Source: Polyangiales bacterium
GTDB taxonomy: Bacteria; Myxococcota_A; Polyangia; Polyangiales; Polyangiaceae
DNA: 64,000 nt
Assembly (NCBI GenBank): GCA_038207155.1
Contig: JBBRAB010000008.1
Span: 27,709-91,708 of the forward strand
Direction of reading: 5' to 3'
The translations under genes and the position numbers were made by a program. The first letter of the stretch is position 1, and each line of letters starts with the position of its first letter. This document shows, piece after piece, positions 47,883 to 57,208 of this stretch. Under the pieces are notes generated by a model, which saw only the letters and a list, made by a program, of their open reading frames with translations, did no database searches and was not told where the DNA came from.

Positions 47883-48453
47883 CGACCAGATCCTTCATGG
47901 CATCGTGGGCCTTGCTCAATCGTCGCTTCACTGCCGCCAGCGAGCAGCCACAAAGCTCGGCCACTTGCCCCAGCTTCTCCCCTTCCATGTAGCGCAATAC
48001 CCACGCTATCCGCACTTCAGGCGGCACCCGATCCAGGCGCCGGTAAACCTCCGACAGGAGGGCTCGGTCCTCGGGGGAGGCTTCGCGGCTGCTGAGGTCA
48101 TCGTGGGCAAGAGACTCGCCGAAGCCAAGCGGAACGAGCCATCGTCGGCGCTGAAGGCGTCGCTGCGCCTGCCGAACCGTCACGGTCGCCAGCCAGCGCT
48201 TGATAGCCATCGGCTCGCGAATGTCGCCGAGCTGCTCGGCGGCACTCACGAACACATCGTGCACCACGTCGTCAACGTCCTCGGAGCGGCCCAGAATTCG
48301 AGCCGCGAACCAGGCAACGTACCGCGAGTAGGACCGGTAGAGCTCGTCGAGGGACGGCATCCGTGACGGGACGCCACCGGACTCGGAGTGCGAGCCCGCC
48401 TCCACATCAGGGCCCGGCTCGGGGGTAACCAGTCGAAGGTGCGGCGCCGTCAC
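47872..48453 (-). CDS. ECF-type RNA polymerase sigma factor
   Basis: Region 2 (LYRSYSRYVAWFAARILGRSEDVDDVVHDVF) and region 4 HTH (MEGEKLGQVAELCGCSLAAVKRRLSKA). Start uncertain: GTG 48453 or ATG 48360. The ORF is open to 48639. Confidence 0.85.
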   Translation of the reverse strand: MTAPHLRLVTPEPGPDVEAGSHSESGGVPSRMPSLDELYRSYSRYVAWFAARILGRSEDVDDVVHDVFVSAAEQLGDIREPMAIKRWLATVTVRQAQRRLQRRRWLVPLGFGESLAHDDLSSREASPEDRALLSEVYRRLDRVPPEVRIAWVLRYMEGEKLGQVAELCGCSLAAVKRRLSKAHDAMKDLVDVQ

Positions 48454-48713
48454 GCCATAACTGTGCACCAAGGGTGGAGAAACGGCTCGCTCAAAGCGAG
48501 ACTGTTGGGAATCAGGCCCTTCTTGGCTCGCAGGGCGCGCTGAACCACCGCGGGCTGCAGCCCACCCGACCCGACTCCAGGTGCGACATGCATCCGCACG
48601 GGAACCGGGGACCGGGTGCACCGCTGTTGACGCCCCCAAGGTGCGACCCCGCGGGACTACATCACGCGAGGACTGGCGATTTCACACTCACCGATTCACC
48701 GCAAGAGCGCGTT

Positions 48714-50375
48714 TTACTTGATCGGCCCCAACGGTTCCGGACTCATTGCTCGCTTGACCAGCCAGCGATTGTACTCATCGAGCATGTCTGCAACGGTCGC
48801 TGGATGGCCTGAAGGGTTCGTGTTGTCCTTGGTAGTCGTTGCGTCGTAATCGACTAGCATGTTCCCCGATGGCTTCTGGTTTCCGTCAAGGACATTGACG
48901 ACGTTGTCGTGGACGTCATTGTTGTACCAGAACGGGTCCGCGGTGGCCGGTTCCATCCAATTGGGGTGGTGGTAGTAATTCCAAATGGAAACCCCGCTAC
49001 GGTACAATCCGTTAAGAGGCACACCTTCCGGCGAGGTGGGTCCAGAAATAACGCGATTGTTGTAAATGTGCATGTCATGGCCGGACGAAATCGAGATTCC
49101 GCAGTTATCAATGGCCACGACCTGATTGTCGTACGCTTCTGTGAACCCCATGTCCGTCATGCCAGGGTTATCACCCATCTGTATCATGCAGCCCGTGAAG
49201 CCCACCGCAACAGCTGGATCTGGAGGGTAGCTGCCCAGCAAGAAGTTGTCATGGATGCGAATCGGCGTGCCCGCCACTCCTCCGCTTTGGTAGGTACTGA
49301 TCGCATCTTCGGTGCGCGATTTCCCTGCCTCGTTGAGCATCTCGTTCCAAGCGATCTCGACTATCGCCTGCGAAAGCGTGTTCAATCCAACAGCATTGGC
49401 GCCAGAGTTCTCTAGGCTGGTGTCGTAGCCGTCGACACCATCGCTTTTTCGCCCGTCAATATTGCGCATTTCCACGTATCGCACGGTAAGTTTTTGACCG
49501 ATTTTACTAAGCCCGTCGCCAAAATCGAGTACCCGAACGCCACCGCCAAAATTCTCAAGCCAACAGTGCTCTACAAGAACTTCCGTAAAGTTTCCCGCAT
49601 TGAGAAAATAGCCCTTTCCTATGCCTTCCGAATTTGTATAAAAAGCACTGGCATTTACATTGCGGACCGACAGTCGATAGTCGCCAGAGGGCGCGTTGAT
49701 GGCACCACCGCTACTGACGATATTGGCACCGTCGATGACCACAGGCTCAGTTGTCGCGATGGTCACCGCGGCTGTGGTTGCCGAAGTGCTCTTCCAATTG
49801 CCGCTATAGGTTCCACCCTTGGTGATCACAATCGGAGCGTCGTAGGACAACTCCCCTACGGCTAGCGAGGCTTTGTCCGGCAATTGATTGGAGCCCTGTT
49901 CAGACGTCGTCGAGATGGCAGCTCGAAGGTTCACAGCGCCTGCCGTCGGAGTCAGGTACTGCACCGTGAGCTGATAGGATTGGAGCGCTTTCCATAGGGC
50001 AGGGAGTCCAGCAAAGGTCACAGCTCCTGACACCCTATCGTAGTCCGCAGAAGCACCCGAGGGCAGTCCGGAAATTGCCACGTGCGCCAATTCTGAAGGC
50101 AGACTCAGCGACACTTTCACTCCTTGCGCAGTGCCAGGACCGGCGTTCTGGAGGAGCAGGGGCACGCTAACAATGGTGGTCCCCTTTGGTACCGAGTACG
50201 GCGAGCTGTTAGCAAATGTCACACCGATATCTGCCGGTCCAGGGGCCGCTGGCTTGACGTCGTTGGGTCGAGCACCGGCGCTCGACCCATCTCCAATACC
50301 TCCATCGGAGCCCGCCTCATTGGCATCCGTTGTGGCGGAGGACCCACAGCTGGTTGCACTGGTAGCCAGCAGCAT
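48714..50375 (-). CDS. right-handed parallel beta-helix (pectate-lyase-fold) protein with N-terminal DUF11-like Ig domain
   Basis: DUF11-like segment (VSVPLLLQNAGPGTAQGVKVSLSLP...). Repetitive beta-helix coils rich in N/G/V/I. About 50% GC. The N-terminal signal looks truncated when ATG 50375 is used. Confidence 0.7.
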   Translation of the reverse strand: MLLATSATSCGSSATTDANEAGSDGGIGDGSSAGARPNDVKPAAPGPADIGVTFANSSPYSVPKGTTIVSVPLLLQNAGPGTAQGVKVSLSLPSELAHVAISGLPSGASADYDRVSGAVTFAGLPALWKALQSYQLTVQYLTPTAGAVNLRAAISTTSEQGSNQLPDKASLAVGELSYDAPIVITKGGTYSGNWKSTSATTAAVTIATTEPVVIDGANIVSSGGAINAPSGDYRLSVRNVNASAFYTNSEGIGKGYFLNAGNFTEVLVEHCWLENFGGGVRVLDFGDGLSKIGQKLTVRYVEMRNIDGRKSDGVDGYDTSLENSGANAVGLNTLSQAIVEIAWNEMLNEAGKSRTEDAISTYQSGGVAGTPIRIHDNFLLGSYPPDPAVAVGFTGCMIQMGDNPGMTDMGFTEAYDNQVVAIDNCGISISSGHDMHIYNNRVISGPTSPEGVPLNGLYRSGVSIWNYYHHPNWMEPATADPFWYNNDVHDNVVNVLDGNQKPSGNMLVDYDATTTKDNTNPSGHPATVADMLDEYNRWLVKRAMSPEPLGPIK

Positions 50376-50423
50376 CGCGACAATCGAAAATGAAGGGGAG
50401 CTTCCCCGCGAAGAAGCCAGCGC

Positions 50424-51497
50424 TCAGCCCCCCTTCCAGGCGCGAACGTAGTCCACCACCATGTCGCCACGCGGGGTGCTGGTCGGGTGCCCTGCCCAGT
50501 CGTTGCCGATGTGGATGTTCAGCAAGATGAACATCGGTAGCTTGCAGGCGTGGCCGTCGCCGGTGTCGGTGTTGGCATGGGTCGCCTTCAACTGCCCGTC
50601 AAAGTAGAACCTAATATTGGTGACGTCCCAGGACACCCCGTAGGTGTGGAAGTCAGCGGTGAGATCTGATCCGGTGAACGTGTCGGCGTGGGAATCGTTG
50701 TTCGCATTGTAGTGCGTGTGGTAGTAGGCGGTGTTGGGTTCCTTGCCCAGCGTCTCGTCGATGTCAATCTCGGGGGGCCAGGTTCCGTCCGAAGCGAGCC
50801 AGAACGCGCTCAGGTATCCGAAACCTGGGGCCGTTTTGAGCCTGGCCTCATAGGCGCCATAGGTCTGGGTGAAGGTCGCGGACGTCTGGACGGCGCCCGA
50901 GTACCAGGTGCCATTGCGCTGTTCCGCGACGACGTGCAACGCCCCGTCGCCAGGGAATTGGAGGTTCTCGGTGGACATTATCTCCTGTGACCAACTCACC
51001 TTGGTCCACGAATCTCCCTTGCCGTTGCCCCAGTTGACGCTCCACTTGTTCTGATCCACTGCGGTGCCGCTGAACTCATCACAGAATGTCAGGTTCCACG
51101 TGCCCGTGGGTCCACTCGGCATGGGGTTGTTGGCACAACCGACAGTCAGGTTGGTGACCGTTCCTCCGCCTCCCGCGGCACCGCCGGTCGGAGGCGCGCC
51201 TGCGCCGCCGGTGCCGCCCTGATTGGCGCCGCCAGTGGTACCGCCCGCGCTAGCACCTGCTCCCCCAGGATTAGCGGCGCTACCCGACGAACCACCGCCC
51301 AGGCCTGCGCCGCCCGACTGGGCCTTTCCTACACCCGCTGGCGCCGCGCCCGCGTGGGGTGCTCCCGCGAAACTGGTGCTCGCAGCGCCGCCCACCCCGG
51401 TCCGCGGCAAGGTGCCACCAGGTACGGAGCCGGCACCACCATCACTGCAACCTACGACGGTGCAGCACGCGATGATGAGAAAAATGGTGGATTGCAT
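50424..51497 (-). CDS. GH16 beta-glucanase lipoprotein
   Basis: Lipobox signal MQSTIFLIIACCTVVGC, a Gly-rich linker, catalytic motif WPPEIDIDET, and FHTYGVSWD and VVDYVRAW. GGGAGA lies about 9 nt upstream of ATG 51497. Confidence 0.85.
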   Translation of the reverse strand: MQSTIFLIIACCTVVGCSDGGAGSVPGGTLPRTGVGGAASTSFAGAPHAGAAPAGVGKAQSGGAGLGGGSSGSAANPGGAGASAGGTTGGANQGGTGGAGAPPTGGAAGGGGTVTNLTVGCANNPMPSGPTGTWNLTFCDEFSGTAVDQNKWSVNWGNGKGDSWTKVSWSQEIMSTENLQFPGDGALHVVAEQRNGTWYSGAVQTSATFTQTYGAYEARLKTAPGFGYLSAFWLASDGTWPPEIDIDETLGKEPNTAYYHTHYNANNDSHADTFTGSDLTADFHTYGVSWDVTNIRFYFDGQLKATHANTDTGDGHACKLPMFILLNIHIGNDWAGHPTSTPRGDMVVDYVRAWKGG

Positions 51498-51562
51498 CAC
51501 TCTCTGTCTCCCATTGTCGTTTTTTGCGTGAAGCATTACTTCAACCAGCAGCGGCGAGCCGC

Positions 51563-52636
51563 TCACTGTCCCAGTTCGTAAACACGGATGTAGTCAATGT
51601 CGAGTGACGACGGGAAACGAGTATTCGCGTCGGGGCAGCCCGCAAATCCTGTGCAATCTCCCTCGACGAGGGTGCCAATCGCCAGACGCCACGCGCTGAC
51701 CTCCGGATACTTGTTGTCGGTCGTGTAGATCGGCTGCCCATCAATCTGATACGTGACTGTTTCGCCTGATCCGGAAGCCGATGGTGCGATGGCTACGTCG
51801 TATTCGTGCCAACTGTTCCAGGTTCCGGTTTCCTTGTGGATGTCGTTGTTCTGGTACTCGTACGTGTAGCCGCCACCGGCCTTCGGTGCGCCATAGTGCT
51901 GCACGAAGACCATCTCGTTCGGGCGATTCCCGGCAAGCTCCGCGAAGTCGATTTCCGGTGGAGCATTGTTGGGGTTGGGCTCCACCTCCCAAAGCGACAG
52001 GTACGTCTGCTGCCCACTTCCAACGGCGAACTTTGCGCGAATGATCCACCGTCCGTAGTGGACCAGTACCTTCGCCGTCACCCCGCCCGCGGTGTAATGG
52101 TAGGTCTTCCCATTTTGCGAGACCGGATTGTTCGTCATGCTCAGGCTGGCAAGCCCGTCGTGAATGGAGACGCCGTCCTGCCCGTTCCACCAACAGTCGG
52201 CTCCGATGTTGGACCAGTACACATAGTACCCGAGTGGCTGGGACTGATTGCGGGCGGCGGCGTCGAAGCTGCCGCCCGAGTACTCGTCATGCCAGAGCAG
52301 GGTCCATCCAGGGAGGACGACTGGTACGTCGCTCGGTGTTGATAAACTCCCGGCCGTGCCCGTGGTTCCAGCTCCGTTGGCTCCAGCGGAGCTCGGGGGC
52401 GCACCTCCCTTTCCGGACGAGGCGCCGCCACTCATCGCAACTGCAAGCCCACCTGCGCCACTGCGCGAGTCAACGGCCCCAGCTCCGCTGAAAGACCCGG
52501 ACTGGCTGCTGATTACGCTCCCAGTGCTGGGCTGGGCTGTACTGCCGCTGTCAGCGCAGGCGCCTGCTGCGGCCACGAGAATCAGTGCAAACAGCGTTTT
52601 TACCGGAGCGAAACGCGAAGACATCGAGGGAGCCAT
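51563..52636 (-). CDS. GH16 beta-glucanase lipoprotein
   Basis: Signal MAPSMSSRFAPVKTLFALILVAAAGAC, a Ser/Gly linker, catalytic motif APPEIDFAEL, and WHEYDVAI and LDIDYIRVYE. Start is ATG 52636 or 52624. Confidence 0.85.
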   Translation of the reverse strand: MAPSMSSRFAPVKTLFALILVAAAGACADSGSTAQPSTGSVISSQSGSFSGAGAVDSRSGAGGLAVAMSGGASSGKGGAPPSSAGANGAGTTGTAGSLSTPSDVPVVLPGWTLLWHDEYSGGSFDAAARNQSQPLGYYVYWSNIGADCWWNGQDGVSIHDGLASLSMTNNPVSQNGKTYHYTAGGVTAKVLVHYGRWIIRAKFAVGSGQQTYLSLWEVEPNPNNAPPEIDFAELAGNRPNEMVFVQHYGAPKAGGGYTYEYQNNDIHKETGTWNSWHEYDVAIAPSASGSGETVTYQIDGQPIYTTDNKYPEVSAWRLAIGTLVEGDCTGFAGCPDANTRFPSSLDIDYIRVYELGQ

Positions 52637-53201
52637 GCGTACTGGTGCAGCCACGGCCGAAAACGGCTCGCGCTCCGAGCGAGCGCCGCAAAATGACCTC
52701 ATTCGCGCCCCGGTGGTGCCTGCGGGCTGAGCGACAATTACACCTCCCCACCGACAACAATTACATCGCCCCATCCTAGGGCGCGCTGATCGTCTATCGC
52801 TCTGGTCCGCGGAAAGGCGGACTGTAGGCCGGTGAGAACGACGGACGCGCAGGTGAGGAAGCTGATGGACGAGATGACAAAGCACGGCCAGATGGGCCTT
52901 GCGGCGGCGTGACCAGCGTGGCTCTGCGCGAGCTCGGCACGTAGATTCAGACGCCGTCTCGCCGTCACGTCGTCACCACGCCGCTGCCAGCAAAAGCCGG
53001 AACGAGGCCATCCGCGCAAACGCCGTAAGGGCGCCCTCTGACAGATTGACCTACCCTCGCCAACGCGGTTCCCCGCCCGGGGCTCGCGTCTGCCCGCCTT
53101 GGCTCAGTGTCTCCGTCACCGAAAGAATCGGCGTGAATACCAAGCATTTCCCTCAGACAGTAGCGTCACTTGGATGCCGCAACCGTGGGAGAATTACAAG
53201 C

Positions 53202-54632
53202 ATGCGCCAGCGCCGCTTCATAGGTCAGTTCCGTTCGTTGCTATCCACCGCGCTCGTGCTCTGCTGTCTGGGGGTGTCCCCGGCAGTCTCGGCGCAGAGC
53301 CTCCCCACAGCGGCGCGAATCAAGGATCTGGCGGCGTCGGTGTGGTTCGGCCTGCGCACAGACAGCGGTGTCTCTGCGCTCGATCACAGTATTTTGGAGC
53401 GAGAATGCAACGCCGGCCAGTTCACCCACTACCCGGCCTGGGGTGGCTGGCCCGTGCGGGGCTCCTACAACCTACCGACTCTGGGGGTCAACGCCGACTT
53501 CTTTGACGGTCTCGGTGTGCCATCGGTGATGCACATGTTCGTCGGACCGAATCAGTATCTTCCCGACTGGGTGAAGTCCGGCACCTGGGATCAGGCCACT
53601 TTGGAACAGCTATTGGCGGAACTCATCGGTGACACGATGAGCTAGCCTCAAGCCCAGAAGGTGAGTTCGTGGAACCTGGTCAACGAGGCGCTCGACTGGA
53701 AGGGAACCGGTTGGGAGGCCTCCAAGTTCCTTGAGTTGGGCTATGAGCCTGACGCCTCAGGGCTCACGGGCAGCGAGCGGGTTTTTGATCAGGTCCCCGT
53801 CTACGTCCGCAAGGCATTCGAGTATGCACGGCAGCACTCCGCTGCTGGTCTTGAACTGCGCGACTACGACAACGATGGCATTGAGAACCAGTGGAACAAC
53901 AGTGCCAGCAAGACCAAGGCATTTTACCAGCTGGTGCGTCATCTACAGGCCAAGGGCACGCCTCTAACGGCAGTTGGCCTTCAAGGCCACTTCAACATGA
54001 CTAACCCCGTGACGTGGAGCAAGCTCACAGATAGCGTCAAACGCTATCGAGCTCTCGGGCTTGCTGTCTACGTAACCGAGCTAGATGCGCAGCAGAACGA
54101 CAATGCAAAGACCTGGAACGACACGCTCGCCCAGACGCAAGGAGAGTACTACTACCACTACGTGAAGGCGGCGCTCGAAGGGGGCGTGAACGGGATCTTT
54201 GTTTGGGGCACGCGTGACAACCAGGACTCCGGTTGGCTCAAGGGGGAAAACGCTGTGCTCTTCGACGAGAGCGGCAATCCGAAGCCCGCCTACTACGGCG
54301 TGCAGCGAGCCTTCGCCGAGGCCACGCTGGTGAGCAGCGGAGGCAATGCGGGAGGCGGGAGCGCTGGTGCGGCGGGCAGTGGGGTGGGAGGTCTTGGCGC
54401 GGCAGCAGGCGGAGCAGGAGGCAGCAATGCCACAGCGGGCACTGCCGGCAAAGCCAATGGCGGAGGAGCGGGGGTGGCTTCGGGAGGCGCTGCCACTGCA
54501 GACCAAGCGGACTCGGGCTGCGGATGCCGCATGACCCCGGGCCCCTTCAATCCCCTGGCAGGACTGCTATCGCTGGTTGTGGCCGCCGTTGCGACGCGCC
54601 GCCGGACACGCGGGCGGCGCGCCATCCTTTGA
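53202..54632 (+). pseudogene. GH10 endo-xylanase with MYXO-CTERM anchor, interrupted by an in-frame TAG (53643-53645)
   Basis: ORFs 52899-53645 and 53661-54632 share one frame: ...ELIGDTMS-TAG-PQAQKVSSWNLVNEAL.... GH10 motifs HMFVGPNQYLPDWV, WNLVNEA (acid/base), VGLQGHF, VTELDA (nucleophile) and FVWGTRD. Tail GCGCRMTPGPFNPLAGLLSLVVAAVATRRRTRGRR. Signal peptide from ATG 53202. Confidence 0.8.
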
Positions 54633-54938
54633 ATGGAACGCGTATTTTCTGCCCAGCTCGCCGATGACGGCCTCGTCAACCACGACACGCACAATCCAAC
54701 GACTGCAGAGACTGCACCAATACGAAGGCGGACTTTCCTCAGACGCCACCGTGGCGTGAACGAAATACGATGAGTGAGAAAAGCGCCCCTCTTTTTCCGA
54801 CTAGACACGACGACGCTCCAGCGTCCGTCGGTGGCGGAGCTCCGAATTTTCTTGAAGAAGACAGCCCTAAGACGGGACTCTCAACCTCGGACGAAGTGCG
54901 GCTCCCTGCTGCCGCGCAGAATCGCGAGCGGCGTTACG

Positions 54939-56043
54939 TCACGGCGTGCACGGGCAGACGTCCGTGAGCTCAAGAGGCTCACGCTTTGGTCGCAGCTGAT
55001 CCGGGAGAACCTCCGGTGGCTTCGCTGCAAGCACTGACCTTACCTTGGGATCGAGCTCCGGCGGATCCGCCAGTTTTTGCAGCAGTTTGGCTGAGCGTTC
55101 GTTGGGTGCGTAGCCATCCAACTGTGGGGTGTACGAGAGTACGGAACTGCGCCGCTTCCCCCCAACCGTCTCGCACGACAGTCCAGAATTCTCGCGACGC
55201 ATGCCGTGATCGATGACAACCTCGACGTCGAGAGCGAAGGGGTCCGAGGTCCGCCACCTGACGGAGCGGACGTCGCGCCCGTCTTCGCACGTCGAGTAAA
55301 ACAGGGTGCCGTAGCGACGCTCGACGAAGTCGACGACGGTCGCACTGCTGGCATAGGATCCTTGGTTCTGTCCGTAGCTCTCTAAGCACGCAAGCCGCTC
55401 AAGGCCGTCCGCGCCACGGTGACTCGTGCAGGAAAGGGGAAGAAATCCTTCGTGGTACGCAATTGGGAGCCAGCCTTGTCCCGTCCTGCGCACCAGCACG
55501 GCTCCACCGTAGTTGGCGAGGTACCCCGTACAACCTGACAACGCTATCAATGCCTCGGTGAGCGCGCCGGTGAAGGCGCCAGCCTGGAGCAGAGACGCTC
55601 TGGCATCTGAGTCGGATGCCCCCGCACCGACGTCGAAGAATGCAGTGAACCACGGACACTTGCAGTGCCCGTTGACCGTGTTGCATGCGGCGTCGAATGG
55701 ACTTGACGCGGGCACTTGAGTCGCGGCCTGGTGGCAGTCTTGCTCGGATCTTTTCGCTGGTGCCCGGGCGCTCGCCGGAGCTCTCGCTTCGATGTGGGGA
55801 ACACGAGGCGCCGCCGCACCGACCGCCCTCGGGTGTGACCGACTCTTCGTGCGTGCTGTTCGTCGGCTGAGTGTTGGCAGGCGCAGCCCTTGCAACCAGG
55901 GACGACGAGCGCGCGACACTGGCCAGGGGATGATGCGTTGAACCCGGTGATGTAACCCGTGGGTTCGCTGATAGCTCATGGAGCTGCGTGCTTCCACAGG
56001 CCAGACACGTCGAGATTGCAAATAGCCAGGATATACAGCGCAT
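54939..56043 (-). pseudogene. Cys-rich secreted protein, probably frameshifted
   Basis: A lipoprotein-type signal (MRCISWLFAISTCLACGS, ATG 56043) is in one frame. The Cys-rich body (CHQAATQ...CNTVNGHCKC...LSCTSHRG...STCEDG...VCPC, to the stop at 54939) is in another. A third frame also looks protein-like for about 40 codons. Confidence 0.35.
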
Positions 56044-56159
56044 GCGAGATTGAATGGTAGTCGAAAGCGGTACCCAGACGAAGACGCAGCTGCCGACCCA
56101 AGCGGGTCAGTTACCCAAGCCGCGTCACGGCCCTCCAACCTGTCCGATTTGTTCGCCCA

Positions 56160-57208
56160 TTACGGTACGATCCTGAGGTCGTCGAGCCAGAGGTCGAAAG
56201 GCGTCGATTTGTTGATCCACCACTGGAGCTCGGTCACGGACGCCTTGTTGAAAACCGGCGCCGGCGGCGCGCCGCCGATGCCCCAGCCCCAGGTTGGGTT
56301 TACCGCCAGTTCCGCGAACTTCACGGTCGCCACGGTCCAAGCGGCGGCGGCGGGTACGGTCACCGAGTACTGGTTGAAGCAGGCGTTGCCCGCCGTGCAC
56401 TCGCCATAGGCCGTGTCCGCAATCGTCTCGCGCGTCGGCACCTTAAGGGTGACCGGGACGTTGCTCTTGTACCTGAAGGAGATCCCTTAAGCCGACGTGA
56501 GATCGTATGGGCACTTCCAGAGCTGACCGCCGTCCACGAATGAGACGCTAACCCCGGCACCAAAGCTGGTGAAGAGTGCGTCGCCCGTTGAGTGGAAGGC
56601 AAAGGTGTTGCCAGGCTCGCCGGTGACGGCCTCGGGCAGATAGGCATCGAAGATGGGCGCCGGAGTCTGCTTTCCGGACACCGCCAGGTGCGCTGCATTG
56701 TCGTTCAGAATGACCCAGTAACCGCCACGCGAGTCATCGCCGAGCACCTTGCTATCGCGATCCTCGAAATCGTCCACCAGCGTGGCGGATTTGAACGCCG
56801 CTCCCTTCACGCATAGAACGCTGCCGCCGCGCCCTTCACGCATAGAACGCTGCCGCCGCCACCCGTTGCGGAGCCACCCGTTGCGGTGCCTCCCGTTGCG
56901 TTACCGCCTGCACCGCCAAAACCAGTGGCACCACCGTCTGCGCCGAGTGCGACACACAGGTTCGAGCCGCGGACCAGGCCAGCATTGCAGGTGCCATTGC
57001 CGTAGCAAATGCACCGCTCAGTGCCCGCCGGACAAGGGGACTCCGAAACCCCGCCTGTCGAGCTGACCGCGCCGGTTGAGGTGCGGCCACCGGTCGCGGT
57101 CGCTGCTTCCGCGCCGCCTGAACCAGCGTCACTGGCGGTGCTCCCAGCGCAGCCCACCACGGCAATCACGGACCCAAGAATCACAGTGGCACGCAACGAT
57201 CGGCTCAT
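56160..57208 (-). pseudogene. lipoprotein with Cys-rich EGF-like segment and CBM11-like module, disrupted by a 29-bp tandem duplication and an in-frame TAA
   Basis: Three ORFs (57208-56807, 56843-56487, 56441-56160) join into one protein once one 29-bp repeat copy is removed and the TAA at 56487-56489 is read through. AAGGGAG lies upstream of ATG 57208. The module resembles the C-terminal module of the GH9 at 10582-13197 (DDFEDRD..., LQWW...FDLWLDDLRI). Confidence 0.75.
56802..56859. repeat. 29-bp tandem duplication inside a coding region
   Basis: [T/G]CCCTTCACGCATAGAACGCTGCCGCCGC at 56802-56830 and 56831-56859. The 28-bp cores are identical. Confidence 0.9.
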
